A stretch of 64,000 nucleotides of DNA. Source: Candidatus Collierbacteria bacterium (lineage in GTDB: Bacteria > Patescibacteriota > Microgenomatia > UBA1400 > MFAQ01). A model generated the notes under the pieces. That model did not search any database, was not told where the DNA came from, and saw only the letters and a list, made by a program, of their open reading frames with translations. The position numbers were made by a program, and so were the translations under genes. Below are positions 41,956 to 52,653 of this stretch, in pieces. Position 1 is the stretch's first letter. Each line of letters starts with the position of its first letter. Location of the stretch: the NCBI GenBank assembly GCA_903884375.1, contig CAISER010000035.1, forward strand, positions 36-64,035, written 5' to 3'.

Positions 41956-43098
41956 ATGCCAAAAAATATACAAATAATCATTTATTGGATTATGATCGTT
42001 GTGGTTATTTTTATTGGTTATTATATTTTCCAAACAATAGTTCCTTTATCTTCCGATACAGAATTTCCATCATCCGCACAGGAGGTAAGGGGTGCGACAA
42101 CAGATACCCAACTATACTCACAAACTCCATCAAAAGAAGATATCAATTATGAAATATATTTTACAAACCCAACTGAATCATTTAATAACACCGTTGAACA
42201 AGCCTTAATAAGTAAAATTGATAGTTCAAAAACTTCAATCGATATGGCCGTATTTGAATTCGATATCGAAGAGGTAGCTCAGGCGTTAATCAGGGCAGCC
42301 AATAGAGGTGTCATCATCAAAATTGTCTATGACAACGAATACACCGATTCTGACCCACAAATGAGAGAAATAAGCACTGCAGGAATTTCTGTAGTCCCGG
42401 ATAATCGATCTGCCCTCATGCACAATAAGTTTTTTATTTTTGACAACACCTGTGTGTGGACTGGATCTTTTAATATCTCAAACAATGCCTCGCTCAAAAA
42501 TAATGAAAATGCCATCTATTTCTGTTCACCTGAAGCTGCCCAAAATTACACCACAGAATTTGAGGAAATGTATAACGGACAGTTTGGATCTTCTTCTCCT
42601 TCCGACACCCCATTTCCTACCTTTAGCATAAATGGCTATACAGTAGAGAACTGCTTCGCTCCCGAAGATCACTGTATGGGAAAAGTCATTAATGCCGTGA
42701 ATAATGCAAAGAGTTCTATTCATTTTATGGCTTTTAGCTTTACCGACGGCGATCTTGCAAATGTAATGATCGATGATTCAAATAGGGGAGTGACTGTTGA
42801 AGGAATTTTTGAAACTAGAGGTGCCGATGCAGAATACTCAGAATGCGGAACTTTACTAAAAAAAGGCTATGACATTCGCCTCGATGGAAATCCAGCCACT
42901 TTTCATCACAAAGTAATTATCGTTGATGGAAAGTATGTCATTTTTGGCTCGTTTAATTTCACGTCAAGCGCAGACACCAAAAATGATGAAAACCTATTAA
43001 TCTGGTACGATCCTGTACTAGCTCAATTCTTTGAACAGCAATATCAACTGATGAAATCACAAGCGGTTGTGCCATCAGGGGAAACCTGTACAAAATAA
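41956..43098 (+). CDS. Membrane-anchored phospholipase D family protein (two HKD motifs; possibly a nuclease)
   Basis: HNKFFIFD...GSFN and HHKVIIVD...GSFN; N-terminal TM helix; AAAGGAG SD. Confidence 0.9.
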   Translation: MPKNIQIIIYWIMIVVVIFIGYYIFQTIVPLSSDTEFPSSAQEVRGATTDTQLYSQTPSKEDINYEIYFTNPTESFNNTVEQALISKIDSSKTSIDMAVFEFDIEEVAQALIRAANRGVIIKIVYDNEYTDSDPQMREISTAGISVVPDNRSALMHNKFFIFDNTCVWTGSFNISNNASLKNNENAIYFCSPEAAQNYTTEFEEMYNGQFGSSSPSDTPFPTFSINGYTVENCFAPEDHCMGKVINAVNNAKSSIHFMAFSFTDGDLANVMIDDSNRGVTVEGIFETRGADAEYSECGTLLKKGYDIRLDGNPATFHHKVIIVDGKYVIFGSFNFTSSADTKNDENLLIWYDPVLAQFFEQQYQLMKSQAVVPSGETCTK

Positions 43099-43103
43099 AT
43101 AAC

Positions 43104-43134
43104 AAAAAAAGCCCTCCTTGATGGAGGGCGTTTT
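43104..43134. terminator. Bidirectional terminator
   Basis: A7-GCCCTCC-TTGAT-GGAGGGC-GTTTT between convergent genes. Confidence 0.75.
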
Positions 43135-43135
43135 A

Positions 43136-43351
43136 TTATCCAAACCAGGGGTCGGGATGGTCAGTACCGCCGGAAAGGTTTATATATTCAATTGTTTTAG
43201 AAGAAAGGTCACCACCTGATTCAAGAATTTTTAATCCATAGAACATCCAAGGGGCAGGTTGCTTTTCTAATGTATCGGAACGCATTCCTTCATTAAAAGC
43301 ATCAATCACAAACTGCCTTTGCCATTCTTCTAGGCTTATTTGATTACTCAC
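43136..43351 (-). CDS. Small orphan protein (~71 aa)
   Basis: AAGGAGG SD 5 nt before GTG 43351; upstream TATAAT; ends at the terminator. Confidence 0.6.
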   Translation of the reverse strand: MSNQISLEEWQRQFVIDAFNEGMRSDTLEKQPAPWMFYGLKILESGGDLSSKTIEYINLSGGTDHPDPWFG

Positions 43352-43476
43352 ATTATCCTCCTTAAAGAACAATTAGGAAGATTATAACAAACTAATAGTA
43401 TTCGATGAATTTATATAATTTTAAAAGACTAATGATACGTATATTGCTGCCTATTTCTTATTGGTATACTCAATGT

Positions 43477-44883
43477 ATGAAGATAAACCCAAATATATAT
43501 CGTGGTTATGATATTCGAGGAATATCAGGACAAGACTTGTCAACGGAAGTATATTATCAACTTGGTAGGGGATATGCCACTTTTCTTAATCAAAGAAGAA
43601 TTAGTTTGTGTCCGGTAGGTTGTGACAACCGCTTAACAAGTGAAGTATATAAATCTGCTTTTATAAAAGGATTAAACGAAGGTGGCATTGACACAATTGA
43701 TTTGGGGTTATCAATGAGTCAAATAGTTTATTTTAGTTCTTATTCCTATTTAACAAAAGGCGGAGCGATGATTACAGCTTCTCATAACCCCAAAGAGTTT
43801 AATGGTTTAAAACTTTCAGTAGGATACTCAGATACAATGATCACCGAGGAAATTCAAGAATTAAAAAATATTATTGAAAAAGGAAAATATTCTTCTGGAA
43901 AAGGAAAAAATGTTTCAAAAGATTTATTCCCAACATATCTTAATGAAATATCAAAATATAATAATCTGTCAAAAAAATGGAAGGTTGTTATCGACGGTTG
44001 CAATACAGGATCAGGGATTTATTATCCAAAAATACTTAAAAAGGCAGGATGTGAAGTTATTGAACAAAACTGCATACCAGATGGTAATTATCCGTTAGGT
44101 AATCCAGATCCTACCGAAAGTGAAGTGCTTGATCGATTAGCCCTAACTGTAAAAAAAGAAAACGCCGATATCGGTTTTGCTTACGACGCAGATGGAGATA
44201 GAATGGCAGTGGTAGATAATGAAGGACAAGTATTGTGGATGGATGTCATTGTGGCTTTATTTGCTCAAGATGTGCTTGACTATATTCCAAATGCACCAAT
44301 TGTCTACAACAATCTTTGTTCGAAAGTGGTATCTGAAACAATAATTAGCCATGGAGGTAAACCAATAATATCCAGAACCGGTCATTCATTTGTAAAATCA
44401 AAAATAAAAGAGGTTAGATCACCTTTTGGTGGTGAACTATCGGGACATATATTTTTTATGGATAATTTCTATGGACATGATGATGCGGCTTATGCATCTC
44501 TTCGATTATTAAGTTATTTAGAAAGAAAAAATCAAAATTTACACGACGCTGTCGGTTTACTTCCAAAATACTACAGCAGTCCGGAAATTAAGTTAGGGTT
44601 GGAAGACAGTATTAAATTTAATTTTATTTCGGACCATATAAAAAATGACCTAATAAATCTATTACCTAATGGCAACATTAATGAAGTTGATGGAGTCCGA
44701 ATTGACACAGATTTATCTATGGTTGTCGTCCGGGCATCACAAAACGGACCATACATAACAATAAAATTTGAAAGTAAATCTAAACAGGAATATGACTCAT
44801 TGAAAATAGCTATCGCCAATATTTTTCAAAAATATCCGGAAATTGATTGGTCAACAGGTTCAAATACTTCAGCTTTAAGATAA
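43477..44883 (+). CDS. Phosphomannomutase/phosphoglucomutase
   Basis: YDIRG, ITASHNP, DADGDR, GELSGH and RASQ motifs. Start placed at ATG 43477. Confidence 0.93.
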   Translation: MKINPNIYRGYDIRGISGQDLSTEVYYQLGRGYATFLNQRRISLCPVGCDNRLTSEVYKSAFIKGLNEGGIDTIDLGLSMSQIVYFSSYSYLTKGGAMITASHNPKEFNGLKLSVGYSDTMITEEIQELKNIIEKGKYSSGKGKNVSKDLFPTYLNEISKYNNLSKKWKVVIDGCNTGSGIYYPKILKKAGCEVIEQNCIPDGNYPLGNPDPTESEVLDRLALTVKKENADIGFAYDADGDRMAVVDNEGQVLWMDVIVALFAQDVLDYIPNAPIVYNNLCSKVVSETIISHGGKPIISRTGHSFVKSKIKEVRSPFGGELSGHIFFMDNFYGHDDAAYASLRLLSYLERKNQNLHDAVGLLPKYYSSPEIKLGLEDSIKFNFISDHIKNDLINLLPNGNINEVDGVRIDTDLSMVVVRASQNGPYITIKFESKSKQEYDSLKIAIANIFQKYPEIDWSTGSNTSALR

Positions 44884-44898
44884 CTAAAACAGTATCTT

Positions 44899-46215
44899 AT
44901 GGGAAGAGAAATAATTGTCGGTTTGCATTTTTATCAACCTCCAAGAGAAGCATTTCATTCTTCATTGCAAGATATATCTACCGATTCAAAAAATCAAAAC
45001 TGGACAAAAATAATTGAAAAACAATGCTATGAACCGTTGGCAAAAATAGGAATCTTAAACAAAGCATCATTTGATATCTATCAATCATTATTGCTCCAAT
45101 TAGAAAAAATTGATCCAAAAATCGCGTCAGTCTATCAACAATCAATGAAAGAAAATGGCATTGGAGAATCGTTTATTCACCCAATCCTTCCTGATCTATC
45201 GTTATCAGATAAATCGATTGTAATATCTGCCGGGGTTCATCGATTTAAGGAGATAACTGGTATAAGTCCAAAAATATTTTGGCCTCCTGAAACTGCAATT
45301 GATAAAGAAACTTTAGAAGTGTTAGTTAATAATGGATATCAAGGTTTTATCTGTGCCCCGGAGCAGGTAATTCAGTTTGATGGTCAAAGATCAGATAATT
45401 CTCCAACATTAATAAAACTTAATCGTGGAAGAGAGATCATTGCCTATCCCTTTGATAGATCGATAAGTAGTAATCTTGCCTTTGATCCTAAGAAAAATGC
45501 TGACATCTTTACTCAAATGTATATAAATCCAATTAAAGAAAAAATCTCATCAAATAAACTAATTATCGCCTGGACAGATGCGGAAACATTTGGTCACCAT
45601 TTTAAATATGGAGATAAATTCTTAAGTTATTTGTTGGATACGTCACTCCCTAATTCAGGTCTTTATCCTGTATCAATCAACGATATTAAATTTGACTATT
45701 CAAAGCTTTTTACAGGGAAAATAATAGAAAGATCGTCCTGGAGTTGTCCGCACGGAAATTTAATTCGTTGGAATGGAGTCTGTGGTTGTAGTTCTGGAAA
45801 CGATTCTTCATGGAAACAACCATTTATGGAAACAATGAGATTCCTAAACAATCAAATATCTTTAATATTAAAACAAGAAATTGGTAATGGATACGAACAA
45901 CTAATCGCCGAAAATTTTTACCATTTATATGGTCAATCAATTGAATCAAATAACCTATTTGATAATTTAATACGGGCGAAAATATCATCTCTTGTTGCCC
46001 AAACAAGCTGTGCCACATTTTTTTCAAATCCAGATGTATCAGCGAAAATAAACTTACTTTATGCTTATCAAGCCTTACTTTATCTTAAAGAATCTGGTTT
46101 GTCACGATTGGTTCATGAACTAGAAACTGTTTTTATTAATAAATTAAATTCAATATATTTCTCAAGTGTCAATAGTACGGCATTTTCGGTGTTAGAAAAA
46201 ATGTTGCATCAATAA
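44899..46215 (+). CDS. Glycoside hydrolase family 57 (DUF3536-type)
   Basis: HFYQPPRE, HPILP, WPPETA, DAETFGHH and SWSCPHG..RW motifs. Confidence 0.85.
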   Translation: MGREIIVGLHFYQPPREAFHSSLQDISTDSKNQNWTKIIEKQCYEPLAKIGILNKASFDIYQSLLLQLEKIDPKIASVYQQSMKENGIGESFIHPILPDLSLSDKSIVISAGVHRFKEITGISPKIFWPPETAIDKETLEVLVNNGYQGFICAPEQVIQFDGQRSDNSPTLIKLNRGREIIAYPFDRSISSNLAFDPKKNADIFTQMYINPIKEKISSNKLIIAWTDAETFGHHFKYGDKFLSYLLDTSLPNSGLYPVSINDIKFDYSKLFTGKIIERSSWSCPHGNLIRWNGVCGCSSGNDSSWKQPFMETMRFLNNQISLILKQEIGNGYEQLIAENFYHLYGQSIESNNLFDNLIRAKISSLVAQTSCATFFSNPDVSAKINLLYAYQALLYLKESGLSRLVHELETVFINKLNSIYFSSVNSTAFSVLEKMLHQ

Positions 46216-46240
46216 GATATTGGTATACTTAAATATCTCG

Positions 46241-47311
46241 ATGAAAACCCAACTTGACGATCCCAAAAATCTAGCTTTGTATGATACCTTAGGTGTTTAT
46301 CAATCCATTGTTTTGTTAGGTCAACAGTTTGAGTCTGCCTGGCACGATTCACAATTTGTCAGTTTAAATTTTGATGTTGAAACTATTAAAAATATCGTCT
46401 TTGTCGGTATGGGAGGTTCTAATCTCCCCGCATATATTGTTCAATCATTATCACCTTTGCTTCTCAAAATACCAATGGAAATTATTTCTAATTATCGTTT
46501 GCCCCAATATGCGTCGACTGATACTTTAGTTGTCCTCGCAAGTTATTCTGGTAATACTGAAGAAATATTATCTTGTGCTCATGATGCCGAAAAAAGAAAA
46601 TGCAATACGGTTGTTATAACAACAAATGGAAAACTTAAATCTTTAGCCATTTCTGCACACTATCCACTTATTCAGTTAGATGAAGAGCTAAATCGGTCTC
46701 ACAAACCAAGATTTGGGATTGGTTTGATGTTGGGAGCTGTGATGGGATTGATGATACGTATTAATCCGGAAGCTTATCGTTTTTTAGATTCAAAAGATAT
46801 TGTTCATATTTTTGATAAAACATTGTCTACTTTAAAATCAGAAATTAATACCGACAATAATCCAGCAAAACTATTCGCCCTTAAAAATAAAGGTCAGGCA
46901 ATTATCATCTATTGCGCAAATCACCTTGCTGGGGTAGGAAAAATCTCAGCAAATTTTTTTAATGAAACATCGAAAACCTTTTCTTGTTTCTTTACGATTC
47001 CGGACTTAAATCATCATTTAATGGAAGGATTGGTTTTCCCAATAAATTTCAAGGATCAAGCAAGATTTATTTTATTAAATTCATCACTTTATCCTGAGGT
47101 AATTCAAAAAAGATTCCAAATTACAAAAGATATTCTAATTAAACAAAATTATCAGCTTACTGAAATTAAACCGGAATCGACTAATATCGTATCTCAGGTA
47201 TTTGAATCACTGGTCTTTTTAATCATGATTAGCTATTATTTAAGTATAGTCAACAAGCAAGACCCTGGTACAAACCCTTGGGTAGACTTTTTTAAAAAAC
47301 AATTAACTTAA
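46241..47311 (+). CDS. Bifunctional phosphoglucose/phosphomannose isomerase (SIS domain)
   Basis: GMGGS, SYSGNTEE, PR, NETSK and PDLNHH motifs. Confidence 0.88.
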   Translation: MKTQLDDPKNLALYDTLGVYQSIVLLGQQFESAWHDSQFVSLNFDVETIKNIVFVGMGGSNLPAYIVQSLSPLLLKIPMEIISNYRLPQYASTDTLVVLASYSGNTEEILSCAHDAEKRKCNTVVITTNGKLKSLAISAHYPLIQLDEELNRSHKPRFGIGLMLGAVMGLMIRINPEAYRFLDSKDIVHIFDKTLSTLKSEINTDNNPAKLFALKNKGQAIIIYCANHLAGVGKISANFFNETSKTFSCFFTIPDLNHHLMEGLVFPINFKDQARFILLNSSLYPEVIQKRFQITKDILIKQNYQLTEIKPESTNIVSQVFESLVFLIMISYYLSIVNKQDPGTNPWVDFFKKQLT

Positions 47312-49587
47312 TGTCAAATACACCTGCCCTGGTATTACCATTTTCCAAAATTCATAAAGACGACATACCTCTCGTTGGTGGTAAGGGAGCGAATTTAGGC
47401 GAAATGTTTAACTTTGGTATACCTGTTCCAAATGGATTTGTCATTACTGCACAAGCTTATGAAAAAGTCATTGAACATAATGCTTTACAACCGGTAATTC
47501 GGGAAATAATAAAACAAACTGAAGTAACCAACCAAAAACAGCTCGAAAAATCAGCTATAAAAATTCAAAGACTAATTCAAACAGCTGCAATTCCCGAAGA
47601 CCTCGTTAAAGAAATATTCGATAGTTACACAAATCTCAAACCAGGAGAAAATAATCCTCTAGTTGCAGTACGATCTTCTGCCACAGCCGAAGACTTGCCC
47701 GATGCTTCATTTGCCGGACAACAAGAGTCTTTTTTGGACATTAAAGGAGAATCCAATTTGATTCAAGCGGTTAGAAGTGCATGGGCTTCACTTTGGGGAG
47801 CCAGAGCAATCTTTTATCGAGCCACAAAAGGTTACAATCACTTCAAAGTTCTTCTCGCTATTCCAGTTCAACTTATGGTTCAATCTGACGTTTCAGGAGT
47901 CCTTTTCTCTGTAAACCCAGTCACCGGTAATAAAAATCAAGTTGTCGTCGAAGCTGTTTGGGGACTTGGTGACTACATGGTTCAAGGAGTAGTTAACCCA
48001 GATCACTATATCGTAAACAAAACAGATCTCACAATACATTCTCGTCAACACACAACTCAAACGGTGATGGAAATTCACGATTATCCAAGTGGTGTCAAAA
48101 AAGTAACTGTCCCCAAAAAGATGATTGATGCCCCCAAATTAACAGATCAACAAGTAATTGACCTCGCTAAACTTTCAATGAAAGTTCATCAGCATTATTT
48201 TTTTCCTCAAGACAGTGAATTTGCTATTGAAAAAGGCAAAATATATTTAGTTCAAACTCGTCCGATTACAACACTCGACCTAAATAAAGGACCAAAACAG
48301 ATATCAGAAAATCAATTAAAGAACCTCAAGCAATTAATTCAAGGAGAACCCGCATCGTTTGGAATAGGTTTTGGAAAAGTAGTAAAAATAAAATCAGCTA
48401 AAGAAATTGACAAGGTTGAGAAAGGAGATGTTCTTGTTGCCGAAATGACTGCACCTGATTATGTTCCAGCTATGAAAAAAGCTGCCGCCATCGTAACTGA
48501 CAAAGGAGGCCAAACATCACATGCGGCTATTGTATCCAGAGAACTTGGTATTCCGGCTGTAGTTGGAGCAAAAATCGCTACAAAACAATTAAAAAACGAC
48601 CAGATAATTACCGTAAACGGTTCTACAGGCATTGTATATAACGGGGTACCTGAAAAGGGGAAGGCAATCACAGTAAAAGAGTTTAAAGAGGAAGAATTTC
48701 CAAAAACAGCTACAAAAGTTTATGTAAACCTGGGTGAACCAGCGTTAGCCTCTATTGTTGCTCAAGGGAATGCAGATGGAGTCGGTCTTCTTCGAGCTGA
48801 ATTTATGATCGCTGAAATTGGTACTCATCCAAAGAAGATGATTCGGGATGGCAAAAGTCAAGTCTTTATTGAAAAACTTGCTGATAGTTTAATTAAGTTT
48901 ACTGATAGTTTTGGTAATAGACCTGTTATTTATAGAGCTACCGATTTCAAATCAAATGAATACAAGAACCTAATCGGCGGTACAAATTATGAACCAACAG
49001 AACCAAATCCCATGCTTGGGTTTAGAGGTTGTTATCGATACATTACCGACGAGTCGGTATTTAATCTTGAACTAGAAGCAATTAAATTAGTACGAAATAA
49101 ATATGGTTATAAAAACCTTCATCTAATGATTCCTTTTGTACGAACAGTAAACGAACTAATAAAGGTTAAGGGTATTATTTCTGCATCAGGGTTATCAAGA
49201 TCTGAATCTTTTAAGCTTTGGATGATGGTTGAAATACCATCAAACGTAATTCTTTTGGATGAATTTATTTCCGTGGGGATTGATGGGGTATCCATCGGGT
49301 CAAATGACTTAACAATGTTGGTTTTAGGAACTGATCGGGATAATGAAACCGTCGCTTCGGAATTTGATGAAAGAAACCCGGCTGTTTTGTGGGCACTAGA
49401 AAAAGTAGTAAAGACAGCAGCCAAACACCATATAACCTGTTCACTTTGTGGACAAGCGGCAAGTTTATATCCTGATTTAGTCGAAAAATTGGTTAATTGG
49501 GGAATTACTTCGGTATCAGTTAGTCCCGATGCTATTGATAATACCAGAAGAGTTATTGCGCACATCGAAAAAGGAATGCTTAAATAA
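47311..49587 (+). CDS. ppsA: Phosphoenolpyruvate synthase
   Basis: VGGKGANLGE, AVRSSATAED, QTRPIT, TSHAAIVSRE, GVGLLRAE and SIGSNDL motifs. Confidence 0.95.
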   Translation: MSNTPALVLPFSKIHKDDIPLVGGKGANLGEMFNFGIPVPNGFVITAQAYEKVIEHNALQPVIREIIKQTEVTNQKQLEKSAIKIQRLIQTAAIPEDLVKEIFDSYTNLKPGENNPLVAVRSSATAEDLPDASFAGQQESFLDIKGESNLIQAVRSAWASLWGARAIFYRATKGYNHFKVLLAIPVQLMVQSDVSGVLFSVNPVTGNKNQVVVEAVWGLGDYMVQGVVNPDHYIVNKTDLTIHSRQHTTQTVMEIHDYPSGVKKVTVPKKMIDAPKLTDQQVIDLAKLSMKVHQHYFFPQDSEFAIEKGKIYLVQTRPITTLDLNKGPKQISENQLKNLKQLIQGEPASFGIGFGKVVKIKSAKEIDKVEKGDVLVAEMTAPDYVPAMKKAAAIVTDKGGQTSHAAIVSRELGIPAVVGAKIATKQLKNDQIITVNGSTGIVYNGVPEKGKAITVKEFKEEEFPKTATKVYVNLGEPALASIVAQGNADGVGLLRAEFMIAEIGTHPKKMIRDGKSQVFIEKLADSLIKFTDSFGNRPVIYRATDFKSNEYKNLIGGTNYEPTEPNPMLGFRGCYRYITDESVFNLELEAIKLVRNKYGYKNLHLMIPFVRTVNELIKVKGIISASGLSRSESFKLWMMVEIPSNVILLDEFISVGIDGVSIGSNDLTMLVLGTDRDNETVASEFDERNPAVLWALEKVVKTAAKHHITCSLCGQAASLYPDLVEKLVNWGITSVSVSPDAIDNTRRVIAHIEKGMLK

Positions 49588-49588
49588 A

Positions 49589-50857
49589 ATGGCAAAAATT
49601 AAATCAGTATATTCAAGAGAAATATTGGATTCCCGAGGTAATCCTACCATTGAAACGACTATTTGGACAGATAACAATCATGGTTCAGTCGCCTCTATTC
49701 CAAGTGGTGCTTCAACTGGAAAATTGGAGGCTGTCGAGTTAAGAGATGGTGATCAACAAAGGTTTAACGGGTTAGGTGTACTAAAGGCCGTTGCTAATGT
49801 AAATCAAATTATTGCTAAATATATTATTGGTCAAGATCCAACAAACCAAAATAATATCGATCAGATATTACTTAATCTTGACGGAACAGAAAACAAATCA
49901 AAATTGGGTGCCAATGCAATACTATCTGTATCTCAAGCATGTTTTGAGCTTGGTGCTGCTTGTGAAGATAAACCTACTTTTGAATACACTGTCGAAAAAT
50001 ATGGTTTAACTATACCAACGGCACTTCATTTACCAACGCCAATTTTCAATCTTATAAACGGAGGGAAACATGGAGCTGGAAATCTTGAATTCCAAGAATT
50101 CCATATTATTCCAAGCAGTCAAAAACAATTCTCTGAGGCATTAGAAATTGGTAGTGAGCTTTATCACAATTTAAAAAATATTTTAATTGAAAAAAAAGCG
50201 ATACATTCTGTCGGTGATGAGGGTGGTTTTGCTCCAAATTTATTTAGTAATACCGATGCAATAGAATTATTGGTTGAAACCGTAGAATCAAGTCGTTATA
50301 AACTTAATCAAGACGTTTTTATCGGTTTGGATATTGCAGCTTCTGAACTACTAAAAAACGGAAAATATAAAATAAGCGACGTAAAAGATAATCTTTCTGG
50401 AGAACAATTCCGAGATTTTCTTATCGATTTAAATCGAAAATATAGTCTTATTTCAATTGAAGACCCATTTGACCAAGAAGATTGGAAAGATTGGATAGAC
50501 CTTACTGCAAATATCGGAAAACAACTAATGATTGTTGGTGATGATTTACTTGTCACAAACAAAAAAAGATTAGCTGAAGCGATTGAAAAAGGAGCCTGTA
50601 ACGCAATACTAATAAAACCGAATCAAATCGGTACCATCTCTGAAACGGCCTCAGTTATAAAACTTGCCAAGAAAAATAACTTTTCAATAATCGTTTCACA
50701 TCGCTCAGGTGATACCGATGAGGATTTTCTAGCTGATTTTGCTGTAGGAGTTGGAGCTGATTTTGTAAAATTTGGAGCTCCAGGAAGAGGTGAACGTATC
50801 GCAAAATATAATCGACTATCATTCATACAAGAATATCTGGCCAGTAAAAATGGATAG
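49589..50857 (+). CDS. eno: Enolase
   Basis: EILDSRGNPT, PSGASTG, GDEGG, KPNQIGT and SHRSG motifs. Start placed at ATG 49589. Confidence 0.97.
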   Translation: MAKIKSVYSREILDSRGNPTIETTIWTDNNHGSVASIPSGASTGKLEAVELRDGDQQRFNGLGVLKAVANVNQIIAKYIIGQDPTNQNNIDQILLNLDGTENKSKLGANAILSVSQACFELGAACEDKPTFEYTVEKYGLTIPTALHLPTPIFNLINGGKHGAGNLEFQEFHIIPSSQKQFSEALEIGSELYHNLKNILIEKKAIHSVGDEGGFAPNLFSNTDAIELLVETVESSRYKLNQDVFIGLDIAASELLKNGKYKISDVKDNLSGEQFRDFLIDLNRKYSLISIEDPFDQEDWKDWIDLTANIGKQLMIVGDDLLVTNKKRLAEAIEKGACNAILIKPNQIGTISETASVIKLAKKNNFSIIVSHRSGDTDEDFLADFAVGVGADFVKFGAPGRGERIAKYNRLSFIQEYLASKNG

Positions 50858-52364
50858 CAAAAAAGTAATTCTCTGTATCCTTGACGGGTGGGGAATTGCC
50901 CCTAGTAGTCCCGGAAATGCAATTACAATCGCCAATCCCAATGTTTACAATTATTTATCATCGCACAATCCAACAACAAAATTATTGGCCTCTGGTCAAG
51001 CAGTTGGTCTACCAGATGGTCAAGATGGGAATAGTGAAACCGGCCATTTAAATATTGGTGCCGGAAGAGTTGTTTTTCAAGATTTAGCATTAATTAATAT
51101 GGCTATTGCTGATGGTAGTTTTTTCACCAATAGAGCACTACTTGATACTGTAAAACACCTAAATATTTATCAATCAAACCTACATCTAATTGGAATGATT
51201 GGGAATTCAGGAGTTCATGCCTATAACGAACATCTTTATGCTCTCATGATTTTTGCAAAAAAACAAAATATTCAAAATGTATATCTTCATCTAATTACCG
51301 ACGGGAGAGATAGTCCGATAGATAATGGCATTGAGCAAATCAAACTTGTACAAGAACAAATAAATAAAATAGGAATAGGGGAAATAGCCTCTATTGTTGG
51401 AAGATATTATGCCATGGATAGAGATCAAAGACTCGATCGGACACAGATTGCCTTTAACTGTCTAACAACAACCACTTCTAAAATAGAAAAAGATCCTCTA
51501 AGCTATCTAGAAAAATCTTATTTAAATAAAGAGTTTGACGAGTTTGTTAAACCCGTTTCGGTAGGGAAAAATCCAGATAAATCAAGAATAAAGTCTGGAG
51601 ATGCAGTTGTTTTCTTCAATTTTAGGACGGATCGCCCAAGACAGCTTACCGAAATGTTTTTAAGATCCAATATCCCAAATTTAAGATTTGTTACTATGAC
51701 CAAATATCGAAAAGATTTTCAAAATCCGGTTATGTTTTCAACTACCACTTTATCCAACACTATCGGTGAAGTAGTATCAAAACATAATTTAAACCAACTA
51801 AGAGCAGCTGAGACAGAAAAAATCGCCATGGTAAGTTATTATTTTAACGGACAAAATGAAGAAATATTTCCAGGAGAAGAGCATCTTTTTATCGATTCAC
51901 AAAAAGTACCAACCTATGATCTAACCCCTCGTATGTCCACCGACAAATTAGTTGATGATTTCATCCGAAAAATTAAAGAGAATCAATACTCCTTTTCAGT
52001 TCTAAATATCGCGTGTCCTGATATGGTGGCTCATACCGGAAAAATAGATAAAACTGTAGAGGCAATTAAAGCCACAGATGACGCAATCGGAAATTTAGTA
52101 AATTTAGCTAAAGATATTAATTCATATTTAATAATCACAGCAGATCACGGCAACGCTGAGGAATTGTTAGATATTAAAACGGGGAAAATAAATACGCAAC
52201 ACTCAACAAAGCCAGTGCCTTTTATTATTTACCACCCTAGTGATAACAATTTCCTACTTCAACCGGGGAAACTTGCTGATATCGCCCCAACCGTACTCAC
52301 GCTTCTTGACATACCCATACCCCCAGAGATGAATGGCAAAAATCTATTAGTTCGAGATTCTTGA
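50850..52364 (+). CDS. gpmI: 2,3-bisphosphoglycerate-independent phosphoglycerate mutase
   Basis: ILDGWG, GNSETGH, DGRD, GRYYAMDRD, DMVAHTG and TADHGN motifs. Confidence 0.96.
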   Translation: MDSKKVILCILDGWGIAPSSPGNAITIANPNVYNYLSSHNPTTKLLASGQAVGLPDGQDGNSETGHLNIGAGRVVFQDLALINMAIADGSFFTNRALLDTVKHLNIYQSNLHLIGMIGNSGVHAYNEHLYALMIFAKKQNIQNVYLHLITDGRDSPIDNGIEQIKLVQEQINKIGIGEIASIVGRYYAMDRDQRLDRTQIAFNCLTTTTSKIEKDPLSYLEKSYLNKEFDEFVKPVSVGKNPDKSRIKSGDAVVFFNFRTDRPRQLTEMFLRSNIPNLRFVTMTKYRKDFQNPVMFSTTTLSNTIGEVVSKHNLNQLRAAETEKIAMVSYYFNGQNEEIFPGEEHLFIDSQKVPTYDLTPRMSTDKLVDDFIRKIKENQYSFSVLNIACPDMVAHTGKIDKTVEAIKATDDAIGNLVNLAKDINSYLIITADHGNAEELLDIKTGKINTQHSTKPVPFIIYHPSDNNFLLQPGKLADIAPTVLTLLDIPIPPEMNGKNLLVRDS

Positions 52365-52389
52365 CAATTTCAAATATATCCTATATAAT
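52361..52389 (+). promoter_or_regulatory. Consensus sigma70 promoter (TTGACA-17-TATAAT)
   Basis: TTGACA at 52361-52366 (overlapping the gpmI stop codon) and TATAAT at 52384-52389. Confidence 0.75.
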
Positions 52390-52415
52390 AGCAGAATATT
52401 CCAAGAGGAGGAGCA

Positions 52416-52619
52416 ATGGGCAAATTAATACGAGTAGAGATAGTAATGTCAGAATCAAATGAAGGGTTAACCAGAATTTTAAACGGAAAAATATCCAAAA
52501 TTCATTCTGACAGAAATGAGGCTGTAATTAATTATGTGCCTCCGGTATACGATTTAAGTAAAGAAAAAATTCTTTGGTCGGCGCTCTTAGAGGAACATAT
52601 CGCTCATCCATTTGATTGA
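52416..52619 (+). CDS. Small orphan protein (67 aa)
   Basis: Consensus promoter, AGGAGG SD and a downstream hairpin at 52631-52651. Confidence 0.65.
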   Translation: MGKLIRVEIVMSESNEGLTRILNGKISKIHSDRNEAVINYVPPVYDLSKEKILWSALLEEHIAHPFD

Positions 52620-52653
52620 AGTAATACAAAACCATCCAATAAAAGGATGGTAT

